Shown here piece after piece: positions 39,372 to 48,541 of a stretch of 64,000 bases of DNA. Both the position numbers and the translations under genes were made by a program. The notes beneath the pieces were generated by a model, which worked only from the letters and a program-made list of their open reading frames with translations, had not been told where the DNA came from and searched no databases. This DNA is from an uncultured Chloroflexia bacterium (GTDB lineage Bacteria > Chloroflexota > Limnocylindria > Limnocylindrales > CSP1-4), in assembly GCA_963720755.1 (NCBI GenBank), contig CAVRGP010000011.1:224001-288000 (forward strand), given 5' to 3'. Each line of letters begins with the position of its first letter. Position 1 is the first letter of the stretch.

Positions 39372-41293
39372 TGCCGATCAAGCTGCCGTCGTTCCGGGCG
39401 CATCGCGATGTCTATCCGGCCGATCTGTGGACCAACTGTCCGACCTGCGAGACGATGGTCTTCAACAAGCAACTCGAGAAGGCCCTTCGAGTCTGCCCGA
39501 CCTGCGGCCACCACTTTCGGTTGTCGGCGGCAGCGCGTCTCGAGCAGTTGCTCGATCCCGGGACCTGGTCGGAACGCGACGCCGGCCTCCAGTCGGTCGA
39601 CCGCCTCGGCTTCGTCGACCAGAAGCCATACCCGGACCGCCTGGCGGCGGCTCAGGCCGCGACCGGGATGCGCGATGCCGCCGTGTGGGGCACGGCCACC
39701 ATGTCAGGCCATCCCGTCGTGATCTGCGTGATGGACTTCGGGTTCATGGGCGGGTCGATGGGCGCGGTGGTCGGTGAGAAGGTCACCCGGGCGGCGGAAT
39801 TCGCCCTCGACTCGCGGACCCCGTTGGTCGTGGTCAGCGCCTCCGGTGGAGCGCGGATGCAGGAGGGGACGCTGGCCCTGATGCAACTGGCCAAGACCAT
39901 GGGCGCCATCGAGCGGCTACGGGCGGGTGGCGTGCCGTTCATCAGCGTCCTGGCCGACCCGACCACCGGTGGCGTGTTCGCGTCGTTCGCTGCGGTCGGG
40001 GATGTCAACATCGCCGAGCCCGACGCCCTGATCGGATTCGCCGGATCACGCGTCTCCGCCGGGACGATCGCCCAGGAGCTGCCCGAAGGGTTCCAGCGGT
40101 CCGAGTTCCTGTTCGAACACGGGTTCATCGACCGGGTCGTTGCCAGACCGGACCTGCGCGATGAACTCATCGGACTGCTCCGCCTCCTGCCCGCACGCTC
40201 CCTCGACGGGAGCGATCTGCCCCCGATCGACGGCGAACCGGCGGGTTTCCGACCGCTTTCGTTCCTCACCTCGCTGGCCGAGCGAGTGGCGGATCGGCCC
40301 TCCGGCGAACCGGCTGGCGGGCACGGGGAGGTCGCGACCTCGAGCGAGGATCCCCAGGAGGCGATGTGGGCCCGCGTCCAGCTCGCTCGCAACCTGCATC
40401 GCCCCAGGACCCTGGAGTTCGTGGCCTCGATGACCGACGAGTTCATCGAACTCCACGGTGATCGGTTGTTCGGGGACGATGCCGCGATCGTCGTCGGCCT
40501 GGCTCGCCTCGACGGACGCCGGGTGGCGATCGTCGGCCAGCAGAAGGGTGCTGACACCGAGGAGAACATCCGTCGGAATTTCGGGATGCCCCACCCGGAG
40601 GGCTATCGCAAGGCGATGCGGGTCATGGACCTGGCCGAGCGGTTCGGCCTGCCGGTGATCACCTTCGTCGACGTCCCCGGCGCCCATCCCGGACCGGAAT
40701 CGGAGGAGCGCGGCATCGCCGAGGCGATCGCTCGGTCGACCGGCCTGATGACCCGTCTGCGCACCCCGATCGTCACCGTCATCACCGGCGAAGGTGGGTC
40801 CGGTGGCGCGATCGCGATCGCGGTCGGCGACGTGGTCATCGCGCTGGAGAACGCCGTCTACTCGGTCATCTCACCGGAAGGTTGCGCCTCGATCCTGTGG
40901 CGGACGGCCGACGCTGCACCGGCGGCGGCCCTGGCGATGAAGATGGGGGCCGCCGACCAGGAAGCGATCGGCGTCGTCGACGTGGTGGTGGCGGAGCCCC
41001 CCGGTGGGGCGCACACGGACCCTGCTGACATGGGCCGGCGGCTCAAGGCGATCATCGTCGACCGGTTGGATGCACTCGACCAACTGCCTCTCGATGCGCT
41101 GCTCGAAGCGCGCTATCGGCGGTATCGGGCGCTCGGGTCCTACACTGAGCTCGTGCAGCCAGAACTTGCCCCGCCAGCTCCCCGGGGCCTTGGCGATCGA
41201 CTCCGTGACCTGCTCGATCCGGGTCGGCGCGTGGTCGGCGCCAGCGTGCCGTCCTGGTCGCGCGACGACCCGCCAGCGCATGAGGAGGTCTAG
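39371..41293 (+). CDS. accDA: Acetyl-CoA carboxylase carboxyltransferase beta-alpha fusion (AccD-AccA)
   Basis: N-terminal Zn finger CPTC..CPTC, GGSMG, SGGARMQEG, PTTGG (beta part); NFGMPHPEGYRKA, GEGGSGGA, YSVISPEG (alpha part). Confidence 0.95.
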   Translation: MPIKLPSFRAHRDVYPADLWTNCPTCETMVFNKQLEKALRVCPTCGHHFRLSAAARLEQLLDPGTWSERDAGLQSVDRLGFVDQKPYPDRLAAAQAATGMRDAAVWGTATMSGHPVVICVMDFGFMGGSMGAVVGEKVTRAAEFALDSRTPLVVVSASGGARMQEGTLALMQLAKTMGAIERLRAGGVPFISVLADPTTGGVFASFAAVGDVNIAEPDALIGFAGSRVSAGTIAQELPEGFQRSEFLFEHGFIDRVVARPDLRDELIGLLRLLPARSLDGSDLPPIDGEPAGFRPLSFLTSLAERVADRPSGEPAGGHGEVATSSEDPQEAMWARVQLARNLHRPRTLEFVASMTDEFIELHGDRLFGDDAAIVVGLARLDGRRVAIVGQQKGADTEENIRRNFGMPHPEGYRKAMRVMDLAERFGLPVITFVDVPGAHPGPESEERGIAEAIARSTGLMTRLRTPIVTVITGEGGSGGAIAIAVGDVVIALENAVYSVISPEGCASILWRTADAAPAAALAMKMGAADQEAIGVVDVVVAEPPGGAHTDPADMGRRLKAIIVDRLDALDQLPLDALLEARYRRYRALGSYTELVQPELAPPAPRGLGDRLRDLLDPGRRVVGASVPSWSRDDPPAHEEV

Positions 41294-41296
41294 CCA

Positions 41297-41896
41297 GTGC
41301 CCCGTCCCGCCAAGCGGCTCGGTGACGACCACTCCGAACGGTCCGACGCCGACCGAACGGCCGATCACACGGCGATCGATCGCCTGAGCGAAGGATTGCT
41401 GCCGGCCCTCATCGCCAAGCTCGGCGCGACCGGCCTCGGCGAACTCGAAGTCCGTGAGGGCGGCTGGCGAGTGCGCCTGCGTCGCCCGGCCGGAGGCGTG
41501 CCGATCGGCTCACGTGATCGACGTCCCGGTGATCGCGACCGAACCCCGTGGGTCGCTGGATCGACCGGCGCCGCCAGCGTGGGACTCACACCTGTGGGAC
41601 CCGGCCGCGACGACCGACACGATCGGGACGACACCGGTTCACGCGAACTCGGACGGATCGTCGCGACCGCGCCGGCGGTGGGCATCTTCCGGCCTCGCCC
41701 GGAGGCGCGCGCCGGCACCAAGATCCGGGCCGGCGACCGCCTTGGCTCGATCGACATGCTGGGCGTTCCGCAAGAGGTCATCGCTCCCTCCGACGGGGTC
41801 GTCGGGGCCAGCCTGGTCGAGCCCGGCGACGCCGTCGAATACGGGCAGGAACTCATCCTGATCGAGTTCGCGTCCGGCCCCGGTTCGGAGTCCTGA
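41297..41896 (+). CDS. BCCP-like biotinyl-domain protein lacking the biotinylated lysine
   Basis: GLGELEVREG N-terminus, TAPAVGIF and VEYGQEL are BCCP-like, but the EAMK site reads DMLG. Confidence 0.82.
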   Translation: MPRPAKRLGDDHSERSDADRTADHTAIDRLSEGLLPALIAKLGATGLGELEVREGGWRVRLRRPAGGVPIGSRDRRPGDRDRTPWVAGSTGAASVGLTPVGPGRDDRHDRDDTGSRELGRIVATAPAVGIFRPRPEARAGTKIRAGDRLGSIDMLGVPQEVIAPSDGVVGASLVEPGDAVEYGQELILIEFASGPGSES

Positions 41897-41898
41897 TC

Positions 41899-43269
41899 GT
41901 GTTCCGCAAGGTCCTCATCGCGAACCGCGGAGAGATCGCCATCCGGATCCTGCGCGCGTGCCGAGAGTTGGGCACGGAGACGGTGGTGGCGTACAGCGAG
42001 GCCGACCGCGACTCGCTGGCGGTCCAGCTCGCGGACGAAGCGATCTGCATCGGTCCGGCCGATGCCCGGCGGTCCTACCTTTCCGCGCCGGCGGTCATCT
42101 CGGCGGCCCTGGTGACCGGCTGTGACGCCATCCACCCGGGGTACGGCTTCCTGTCAGAGGACGAAGGGTTCGCCGAGGCGGTGGCTGCCCACGACATCAC
42201 CTTCATCGGGCCGCCGGCAGCGGTCCTGGAGCGGTTCGCGAGCAAGGCCGGCACCCGCCAGCTGTTCGCGGCCCACGGTCTGCCCACGATCCCGGGATCC
42301 GAGGGGATGTTGCGGGACGAGATGCATGCCCTCGACGAAGCGGACCGGATCGGTTACCCGGTCCTGATCAAGCCATCGGCCGGCGGTGGCGGCAAGGGGA
42401 TGCGGATGGTCCGGACGGGTCGCGAGCTCGAGTCGGTCCTCCGGGTCTGCCGCTCAGAAGCCAAGGCCGCATTCGGAGACGACTCCCTCTACCTCGAGAA
42501 GTGGCTGGACGAGAACCGGCACGTCGAGATCCAGGTCGTCATCGATCGGTACGGCCACGGGGTCCACCTCGGCGAGCGCGATTGCTCCGTCCAGCGTCGT
42601 CACCAGAAGATCCTGGAGGAGGCTCCGACCCCTGCCCTGTCGGAGGCGGCCCGGGCGGATCTGGCCGAGCGCGCCGTCAAGGCGGCGATGGCCGCAGGCT
42701 ATGAGAACGTCGGGACGCTCGAGTTCCTCGTCGACGCCGACGGCGCCTTCTATTTCATCGAGATCAACTGCCGCATCCAGGTCGAGCACCCGGTGACCGA
42801 GATGCTGACCGGCATCGATATGGTCGCGACCCAGATCCGGATCGCCGCAGGGGAGCCGCTGGGTTTCAGCCAGGCGGATGTGGCCCTCCGCGGTCACGCC
42901 ATCGAATTCCGGATCAATGCCGAGGATCCGGCCAACGGTTTCCAGCCCGGCTCCGGGGTCGTCGAGCGATACCACGCCCCGGGCGGTCCGGGCGTCCGGG
43001 TCGATTCCCACCTCTACTCCGGATACGATGTGCCGCCGTATTACGACTCCCTTCTCGGGAAGCTCATCGTCTGGGGGCCGGATCGCACCAGCGCCATCGC
43101 GCGCTCGCGAGTGGCGCTCGACGAACTGGTCGTCGAAGGACTCGTCACCAACGTCGCCATCCACCAGGCGTTGCTGGCCAACGAGGCCTTCCTGGCCGGC
43201 AAGATGACCACGAACCTGCTCGACCGGGTCGGGAGTGAAGCGATCCTCGCGGCGGCCGCCCGACCGTGA
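41899..43269 (+). CDS. accC: Acetyl-CoA carboxylase biotin carboxylase
   Basis: KVLIANRGEIA, HPGYGFLSE, GGGGKGMR, ERDCSVQRRHQK, RIQVEHPVTE. Confidence 0.97.
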   Translation: MFRKVLIANRGEIAIRILRACRELGTETVVAYSEADRDSLAVQLADEAICIGPADARRSYLSAPAVISAALVTGCDAIHPGYGFLSEDEGFAEAVAAHDITFIGPPAAVLERFASKAGTRQLFAAHGLPTIPGSEGMLRDEMHALDEADRIGYPVLIKPSAGGGGKGMRMVRTGRELESVLRVCRSEAKAAFGDDSLYLEKWLDENRHVEIQVVIDRYGHGVHLGERDCSVQRRHQKILEEAPTPALSEAARADLAERAVKAAMAAGYENVGTLEFLVDADGAFYFIEINCRIQVEHPVTEMLTGIDMVATQIRIAAGEPLGFSQADVALRGHAIEFRINAEDPANGFQPGSGVVERYHAPGGPGVRVDSHLYSGYDVPPYYDSLLGKLIVWGPDRTSAIARSRVALDELVVEGLVTNVAIHQALLANEAFLAGKMTTNLLDRVGSEAILAAAARP

Positions 43270-43344
43270 TGCATACCTGCACAGACTGCCTCGCGTGTCT
43301 GGGCCCGAACCCATCAGACTGAGACACACGACGAGGAGTCGCCC

Positions 43345-43800
43345 ATGACCGAAACCATCCATACGACCCGTGAGATCGAGGCGCTCATCCCGCACCGTTG
43401 GCCATTCCTGCTCGTCGATCGCATCGTCGAATACGACGCCGCGGCGCAACGGATCGTCGGGGTCAAGGGAGTGACTGCGACGGAGTGGTTCTTCCAGGGC
43501 CACTTTCCCGGAATGCCGGTGATGCCCGGAGTCCTCCAGGTCGAGGCGCTCGCCCAGACGATGGCGGTCTACGTCGCAAAGCAGCCGGGGTTCGGGGACA
43601 AGATCGGCCTGTTCGCCGGTGTCGATGGTTGTCGTTTCAGGCGCGTGGTCAGTCCCGGCGACACCCTGCATCTCGAGGTCACCATGGAGAAGCTCGGGAC
43701 GCGCTTCGGGCGCGGGCACGCGGTCGCAAGCGTTGACGGCGAGACCGCCTGTGAGGCGACGCTGAGTTTCGTCATCCCCGGCGAAGGCGTCCTTCGATGA
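43345..43800 (+). CDS. fabZ: 3-hydroxyacyl-ACP dehydratase
   Basis: PHRWPFLLVD, FFQGHFPGMPVMPGVLQVEALAQ. Confidence 0.96.
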   Translation: MTETIHTTREIEALIPHRWPFLLVDRIVEYDAAAQRIVGVKGVTATEWFFQGHFPGMPVMPGVLQVEALAQTMAVYVAKQPGFGDKIGLFAGVDGCRFRRVVSPGDTLHLEVTMEKLGTRFGRGHAVASVDGETACEATLSFVIPGEGVLR

Positions 43801-44543
43801 CCCGGATCGTGGCTCTTTCCGATGTCCACGGCAACGCGGTCGCGCTGACCGCGGTCCGCAAGGCGATCCGTGCCGAGAAACCGGACTTCGTCGCGATCGC
43901 CGGCGACCACGTCATGAACGGGCCTGATCCGGCCGGTGTCGTCGATCTTCTGCGAGAGATGGAAGCCGACGGGGCCGCGATCATCAGCGGCAATACGGAT
44001 GTCGCCGTCGCCGACTTCGACTACGCCGCCGCGTTCCCGTGGATGCGCGACGGCGTCCCGGACATCTACCGGGCAGCGGCCGAATGGGCGCACGACGCGC
44101 TTGGCGACGAGCGCGTGTCATGGCTCCGGCGCCTCCCGACCGAGCGGCGCCTGCACGCCGAGGACGGGACGATGGTGCTCATCTGCCATGCGTCTCCCGG
44201 CTCGCAGACCGCCGGCTTCGACGAGGAGCTCGACCCCAGTGTCGTCATCGAGCGGGCGAGCGCGACAGATGCTCGAGTCATCGTCTGCGGTCATACCCAC
44301 ACGCCTGCGGTCCGCGATCTGGGCTGGAAGCTGATCGTGAACGACGGTTCGGCCGGGTACGTCTTCGATGGCGATGCCACCGCGTCCTACGCCCGGATCG
44401 ACCTTGACGACGGGGAGATCGTCGCCGAGATCCGGCGAACTTCGTTCGACGCGCTCGCGGTCGCCGATGCCATCTCCGCCAGGGGATTGCCGGGCGACGT
44501 CTATCGGGCGGCCACGGTTCGAACCGGCAAGTTGGTCCGATGA
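43797..44543 (+). CDS. Calcineurin-like metallophosphoesterase
   Basis: SDVHGN, GD, GNTD, CHASPG, GHTH, NDGSAG; ATGA overlaps at both ends. Confidence 0.88.
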   Translation: MTRIVALSDVHGNAVALTAVRKAIRAEKPDFVAIAGDHVMNGPDPAGVVDLLREMEADGAAIISGNTDVAVADFDYAAAFPWMRDGVPDIYRAAAEWAHDALGDERVSWLRRLPTERRLHAEDGTMVLICHASPGSQTAGFDEELDPSVVIERASATDARVIVCGHTHTPAVRDLGWKLIVNDGSAGYVFDGDATASYARIDLDDGEIVAEIRRTSFDALAVADAISARGLPGDVYRAATVRTGKLVR

Positions 44544-45796
44544 CCGATCGTCGTCGAGTGGTCGTCACCGGGATGGGGATGCTCACCGCCCTCGGGACGG
44601 ACGTCGCGTCGACCTGGGAGGGCCTCATCCGTGGCACGAGCGGGGTGCGACCGATCGAATCGTTCGATCCGAGCCGGCTGTCGTCCCGGATCGGGGCCGA
44701 GGTCCAGGGCTTCGATGCGAGCCACGTCCTCGACCGCAAGGAAGTGCGCCGGACGGATCGATACATCCAGTTCGGGCTCGTCGCGGCGCGCGAGGCGCTC
44801 GACCAGGCGGGGTTGCCCGAACAATTCGAGGGCGACCTGGCCGAACGCACCGGGGTCATCCTCGGGACGGGTCTCGGCGGCGTCGGAACGCTCGTGGACG
44901 GCTTCTCGGTCAACGTGTTGCGCGGACCCGACCGGATCAGCCCGTTCCTCATCCCGATGGGCATCCCCAACGTCGGATCGGGGCAGATCGCCATCCAGTT
45001 CGGGATGACCGGACCGAACTTCACGACCGTATCCGCCTGCGCGACCGGAGGACACGCCCTCGGCGAGGCGAGCGAGATCATCCGTCGCGACGACGCCGAC
45101 GTCATGGTCGCGGGTGGCGCCGAGGCCGGGATCTTCGAGCCCATGGTCGGCGGGTTCGCTGCGATGCGCGCGCTGTCGACCCGGAATGACGACCCGGCAG
45201 CGGCATCTCGGCCGTTCAATTCCGGGCGCGATGGGTTCGTGGTCGGAGAGGGGGCTGGCGTGGTCATCCTCGAGAGCCTTGAACACGCCGAACGACGCGG
45301 GGCCGAGATCCTGGCCGAATTGGTCGGCTACGGCGCGACCGCCGATGCCTCCCACATCACCCTCCCGGCTCCTGGCGGGATCGGCGCGGTCCGGGCGGCC
45401 CGGCGTGCCCTGGCCAAGGCCGCGATGACGCCGGCCTCGATCGACCACGTCAACGCCCATGCCACGTCGACCCCGGAAGGGGACAGAGCCGAGCTGCAGG
45501 CGATCCGGACGATCTTCGGTCTGGCCGCGGAACGGATCTCGGTCACGGCCAACAAGTCGATGCTCGGTCATACCCTCGGTGCCGCCGGGGCGATCGAGGC
45601 GATCGTGTCCATCCAGACGATCCGTGAGGGGTGTATCCCGCCGACGATCAATCTGACCGACCCGGATCCGGAGGCCGCGGGACTCGACCTGACCCCGAAC
45701 GTGGCAGCGACCCGCCAAACGGACGTCGTCCTGAGCAACTCGTTCGGCTTCGGCGGGCAGAACACCGCGCTCATCTTCGCCAGGTACGGGCGATGA
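44540..45796 (+). CDS. fabF: 3-oxoacyl-ACP synthase II
   Basis: RRVVVTG, SACATG, NAHATST, KSMLGHTLGAAG, SNSFGFGG. Confidence 0.96.
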   Translation: MTDRRRVVVTGMGMLTALGTDVASTWEGLIRGTSGVRPIESFDPSRLSSRIGAEVQGFDASHVLDRKEVRRTDRYIQFGLVAAREALDQAGLPEQFEGDLAERTGVILGTGLGGVGTLVDGFSVNVLRGPDRISPFLIPMGIPNVGSGQIAIQFGMTGPNFTTVSACATGGHALGEASEIIRRDDADVMVAGGAEAGIFEPMVGGFAAMRALSTRNDDPAAASRPFNSGRDGFVVGEGAGVVILESLEHAERRGAEILAELVGYGATADASHITLPAPGGIGAVRAARRALAKAAMTPASIDHVNAHATSTPEGDRAELQAIRTIFGLAAERISVTANKSMLGHTLGAAGAIEAIVSIQTIREGCIPPTINLTDPDPEAAGLDLTPNVAATRQTDVVLSNSFGFGGQNTALIFARYGR

Positions 45797-46311
45797 CCGA
45801 CGAGCCCGTGGAGATGGCGACCCCCGAGCCGGGTGAAGCCGGTGACGTGGAGTTGCTCGGGCTGATCGATCGCTTGGCGGAATTGCTGGAGCGCTCCGAT
45901 CTGTCCGAGATCGAGGTCGAGTCCGGAGGCACCGGGATCGTCCTCCGGAAGCCACTGGCCGACGCACGGCCGGCCTTGGCTCCGATCGCCGGCGATCCTG
46001 CCCCGGGCGCGGACGCCACCACTGGCAGCGGCGAACCGTCGACCGCGGGACGCGATCCAGCGATGACGGCGCGTCCGTCGATCAAGGCGCCGCTGACCGG
46101 GATCTTCTATGCCTCACCGGCGCCCGGGACCGCGCCGTATGTCCAGGTGGGAGGTGAAGTCGCCGTCGGCCAGGTCATCGGTCTGATCGAGGCGATGAAG
46201 CTGTTCAATGAGATCAAGTCGGATCTCGCCGGCCGCGTCGTCCGGGTCGTCCCCGACAGTGGCGCCCTGGTGAAGGCGAAGCAGCCTCTCATCGAGGTGG
46301 AGCCCCTATGA
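45793..46311 (+). CDS. accB: Biotin carboxyl carrier protein with canonical lysine
   Basis: APLTGIFYASPAPG, IEAMKLFNEI (Lys codon at 46198-46200). Confidence 0.92.
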   Translation: MTDEPVEMATPEPGEAGDVELLGLIDRLAELLERSDLSEIEVESGGTGIVLRKPLADARPALAPIAGDPAPGADATTGSGEPSTAGRDPAMTARPSIKAPLTGIFYASPAPGTAPYVQVGGEVAVGQVIGLIEAMKLFNEIKSDLAGRVVRVVPDSGALVKAKQPLIEVEPL

Positions 46312-47513
46312 GCACGCCCGAGCGACGAGCACACGTGACCGGATGGGGTCGATACGCTCCGTCACAGGTCCTGACGAACCACGATCTCGAACAGATGGTG
46401 GACACGTCCGACGAGTGGATCACGACCAGGACGGGGATCCGCGAGCGGCGAGTCGCGGCGGCCGATGAGACCACCGCGTCGATGGCGGCCGTGGCGGCGA
46501 TGCGGGCTATCCGTACCGCGGGGATCGATCCCGACGAGATCGATCTGATCCTGCTGGCCACGCTCACGCCCGACTACTGGATGCCCTCGACCGCGGCCCT
46601 GGTCAAGGAGGCGATCGGCAATACTCGCGCGGCCGCCATGGACGTGGCGGCGGCGTGCTCGGGGTTCGTCTACGCGTATGCGACGGCCCAGGCCTACATC
46701 ACGAGTGGCATGGCCAGGCACGTCCTGGTCATCGGGGCCGAACTCCTGACCCGGTTCCTCGACTACACCGACCGCAACACGTGCATCCTGTTCGGGGACG
46801 GTGCCGGGGCCGTCGTCCTGTCGGCGTCCGACGCACCCGGCGGCGGTCTCGGCATCGAGATGACGACCGAACCCCAGGGTGCCTACATGATCTGGCTGCC
46901 CGCGGGCGGGGCCAAGAGTCCGCCGTCCGCGGAGACCATCGCCCGCGGCGAGCACTACATCCGGATGGAAGGCAAGGAGACTTACCGCTTCGCGACGCGG
47001 ACGCTGGCCTCGACCGCGCTGGCCTCGATCCGCCGATCCGGTCTCGAACCGGCCGACATCGCCCTGTTCATCCCGCATCAGGCGAACATCCGGATCATCG
47101 AGGCCGTCGCCAAGGGTCTGGATCTGCCGATGGACCGGATGTTCGTCAACCTCGACCGGTACGGGAACACGTCGGCCGCCTCCGTGCCGATGGCCCTCGC
47201 CGAAGCGGTCAACAGCGGCCGGGTCAAGGTCGGCGATCGGATCGTCATCGTCGCCTTCGGGGCGGGCTTCACCTCCGGGGCCGTGACCATCGAGTGGACG
47301 GCCGATCCGGCCCGTGGCATCGCCGGCGACGCTGCCGTGCGACCCGAGGACGTCCACGTCCGGTTGCCGGTCGACTGGGACTCGGTCGACCCGATCCCCG
47401 AGGCCCTTGCCGAGGTCATGCGCCGGCCGGGTGTCGTCGACGTCCCGCTGGACGACGTCGTGCCGGGTGAGCCGGAACCGGCGCGCCAGCACGAGGCAGC
47501 CGGTCGCCGGTGA
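46308..47513 (+). CDS. fabH: 3-oxoacyl-ACP synthase III with C-terminal extension
   Basis: TRTGIRERR, AACSGF, FGDGAGA, PHQANIRI, YGNTSAAS, GAGFT. Confidence 0.95.
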   Translation: MSTPERRAHVTGWGRYAPSQVLTNHDLEQMVDTSDEWITTRTGIRERRVAAADETTASMAAVAAMRAIRTAGIDPDEIDLILLATLTPDYWMPSTAALVKEAIGNTRAAAMDVAAACSGFVYAYATAQAYITSGMARHVLVIGAELLTRFLDYTDRNTCILFGDGAGAVVLSASDAPGGGLGIEMTTEPQGAYMIWLPAGGAKSPPSAETIARGEHYIRMEGKETYRFATRTLASTALASIRRSGLEPADIALFIPHQANIRIIEAVAKGLDLPMDRMFVNLDRYGNTSAASVPMALAEAVNSGRVKVGDRIVIVAFGAGFTSGAVTIEWTADPARGIAGDAAVRPEDVHVRLPVDWDSVDPIPEALAEVMRRPGVVDVPLDDVVPGEPEPARQHEAAGRR

Positions 47514-47752
47514 GGGACCTCGGTGGGCTGTTCTCCGTCCTGCGCATCTTCGAGTACGTTTGGTGGTATGGGATCAGGCCCGTAGTCGGCTGGCGCCGTT
47601 GGAGGACCGATCGTAAAGATCGTCTCGATCTCGAGGTTGCCGCAGCGAACGAGCGGATCCGGGCGATGTTTCCGGCGCCTGAGCGCCGCCCGAGCCAAGA
47701 CGTCCGGAGTGCGACACCGGTCGACCCCTTGATGACGGAGGACCTGACATGA
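47510..47752 (+). CDS. Small hypothetical protein (80 aa)
   Basis: Fills the fabH-fabG gap with GTGA and ATGA overlaps; aromatic, amphipathic N-terminus. Confidence 0.55.
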   Translation: MRDLGGLFSVLRIFEYVWWYGIRPVVGWRRWRTDRKDRLDLEVAAANERIRAMFPAPERRPSQDVRSATPVDPLMTEDLT

Positions 47753-48498
47753 TCGACCTGACCGGCAAGGTGGCCCTGGTGACCGGCGGTTCGCGCGGGA
47801 TCGGTCGGGCGATCGTCACTCGACTGGCGACCCAGGGCGCCGACGTGGCGTTCACGTACAAAGGCAATGTCGCCGCGGCCGCGGAGACCACCTCGGTCGT
47901 GGAGGGCTTTGGCCGGCGCGCGCTGGCCGTCCAGGGGGATGCGGCACAGGTCGAGACCGCGGAGGCGGTCGTGAAGGGCATGCTGGAGGCGTTCGGCAAG
48001 GTCGACATCCTGGTCAACAACGCCGGGATCACCCGCGACGATCTGATCATGCGGATGACCGAGAGCACCTGGCGCGAGGTCCTGGAGACCAACCTGTTCG
48101 GTGCCTTCTACATGACCAAGGCCGTGACCCGCCCGATGCTCAAGGCTCGCGGCGGCCGGATCATCAACATCACGTCCGTGTCCGGGCAGGCGGGTCAGAC
48201 CGGGCAGGCGAACTACTCGGCCGCCAAGGCCGGCCTGATCGGGCTGACCAAGGCCACGGCCCGCGAGCTCGCGAGTCGGTCCATTACGGTCAACGCGGTC
48301 GCGCCAGGGTTCGTGCTCACCGAGCTGACGCAGGACCTTCCGGACGCGCTCAAGGACGAGATCACGGCCAGGACACCACTCGGACGGTTCGGCGAGACGA
48401 GCGAGATCGCCAACGCGGTCGCCTTCCTGGCGTCGGACGAAGCGGGCTACATCACCGGCCAGGTGCTGGCGGTCGATGGCGGCCTGGTGATGATGTAG
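47749..48498 (+). CDS. fabG: 3-oxoacyl-ACP reductase
   Basis: TGGSRGIG, NNAGITRD, YSAAKAG, VAPGF. Confidence 0.96.
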   Translation: MIDLTGKVALVTGGSRGIGRAIVTRLATQGADVAFTYKGNVAAAAETTSVVEGFGRRALAVQGDAAQVETAEAVVKGMLEAFGKVDILVNNAGITRDDLIMRMTESTWREVLETNLFGAFYMTKAVTRPMLKARGGRIINITSVSGQAGQTGQANYSAAKAGLIGLTKATARELASRSITVNAVAPGFVLTELTQDLPDALKDEITARTPLGRFGETSEIANAVAFLASDEAGYITGQVLAVDGGLVMM

Positions 48499-48541
48499 CG
48501 AGGGGCCAGTCCGGGGTCGGGCGGATGGGTCGCGGGACGGG

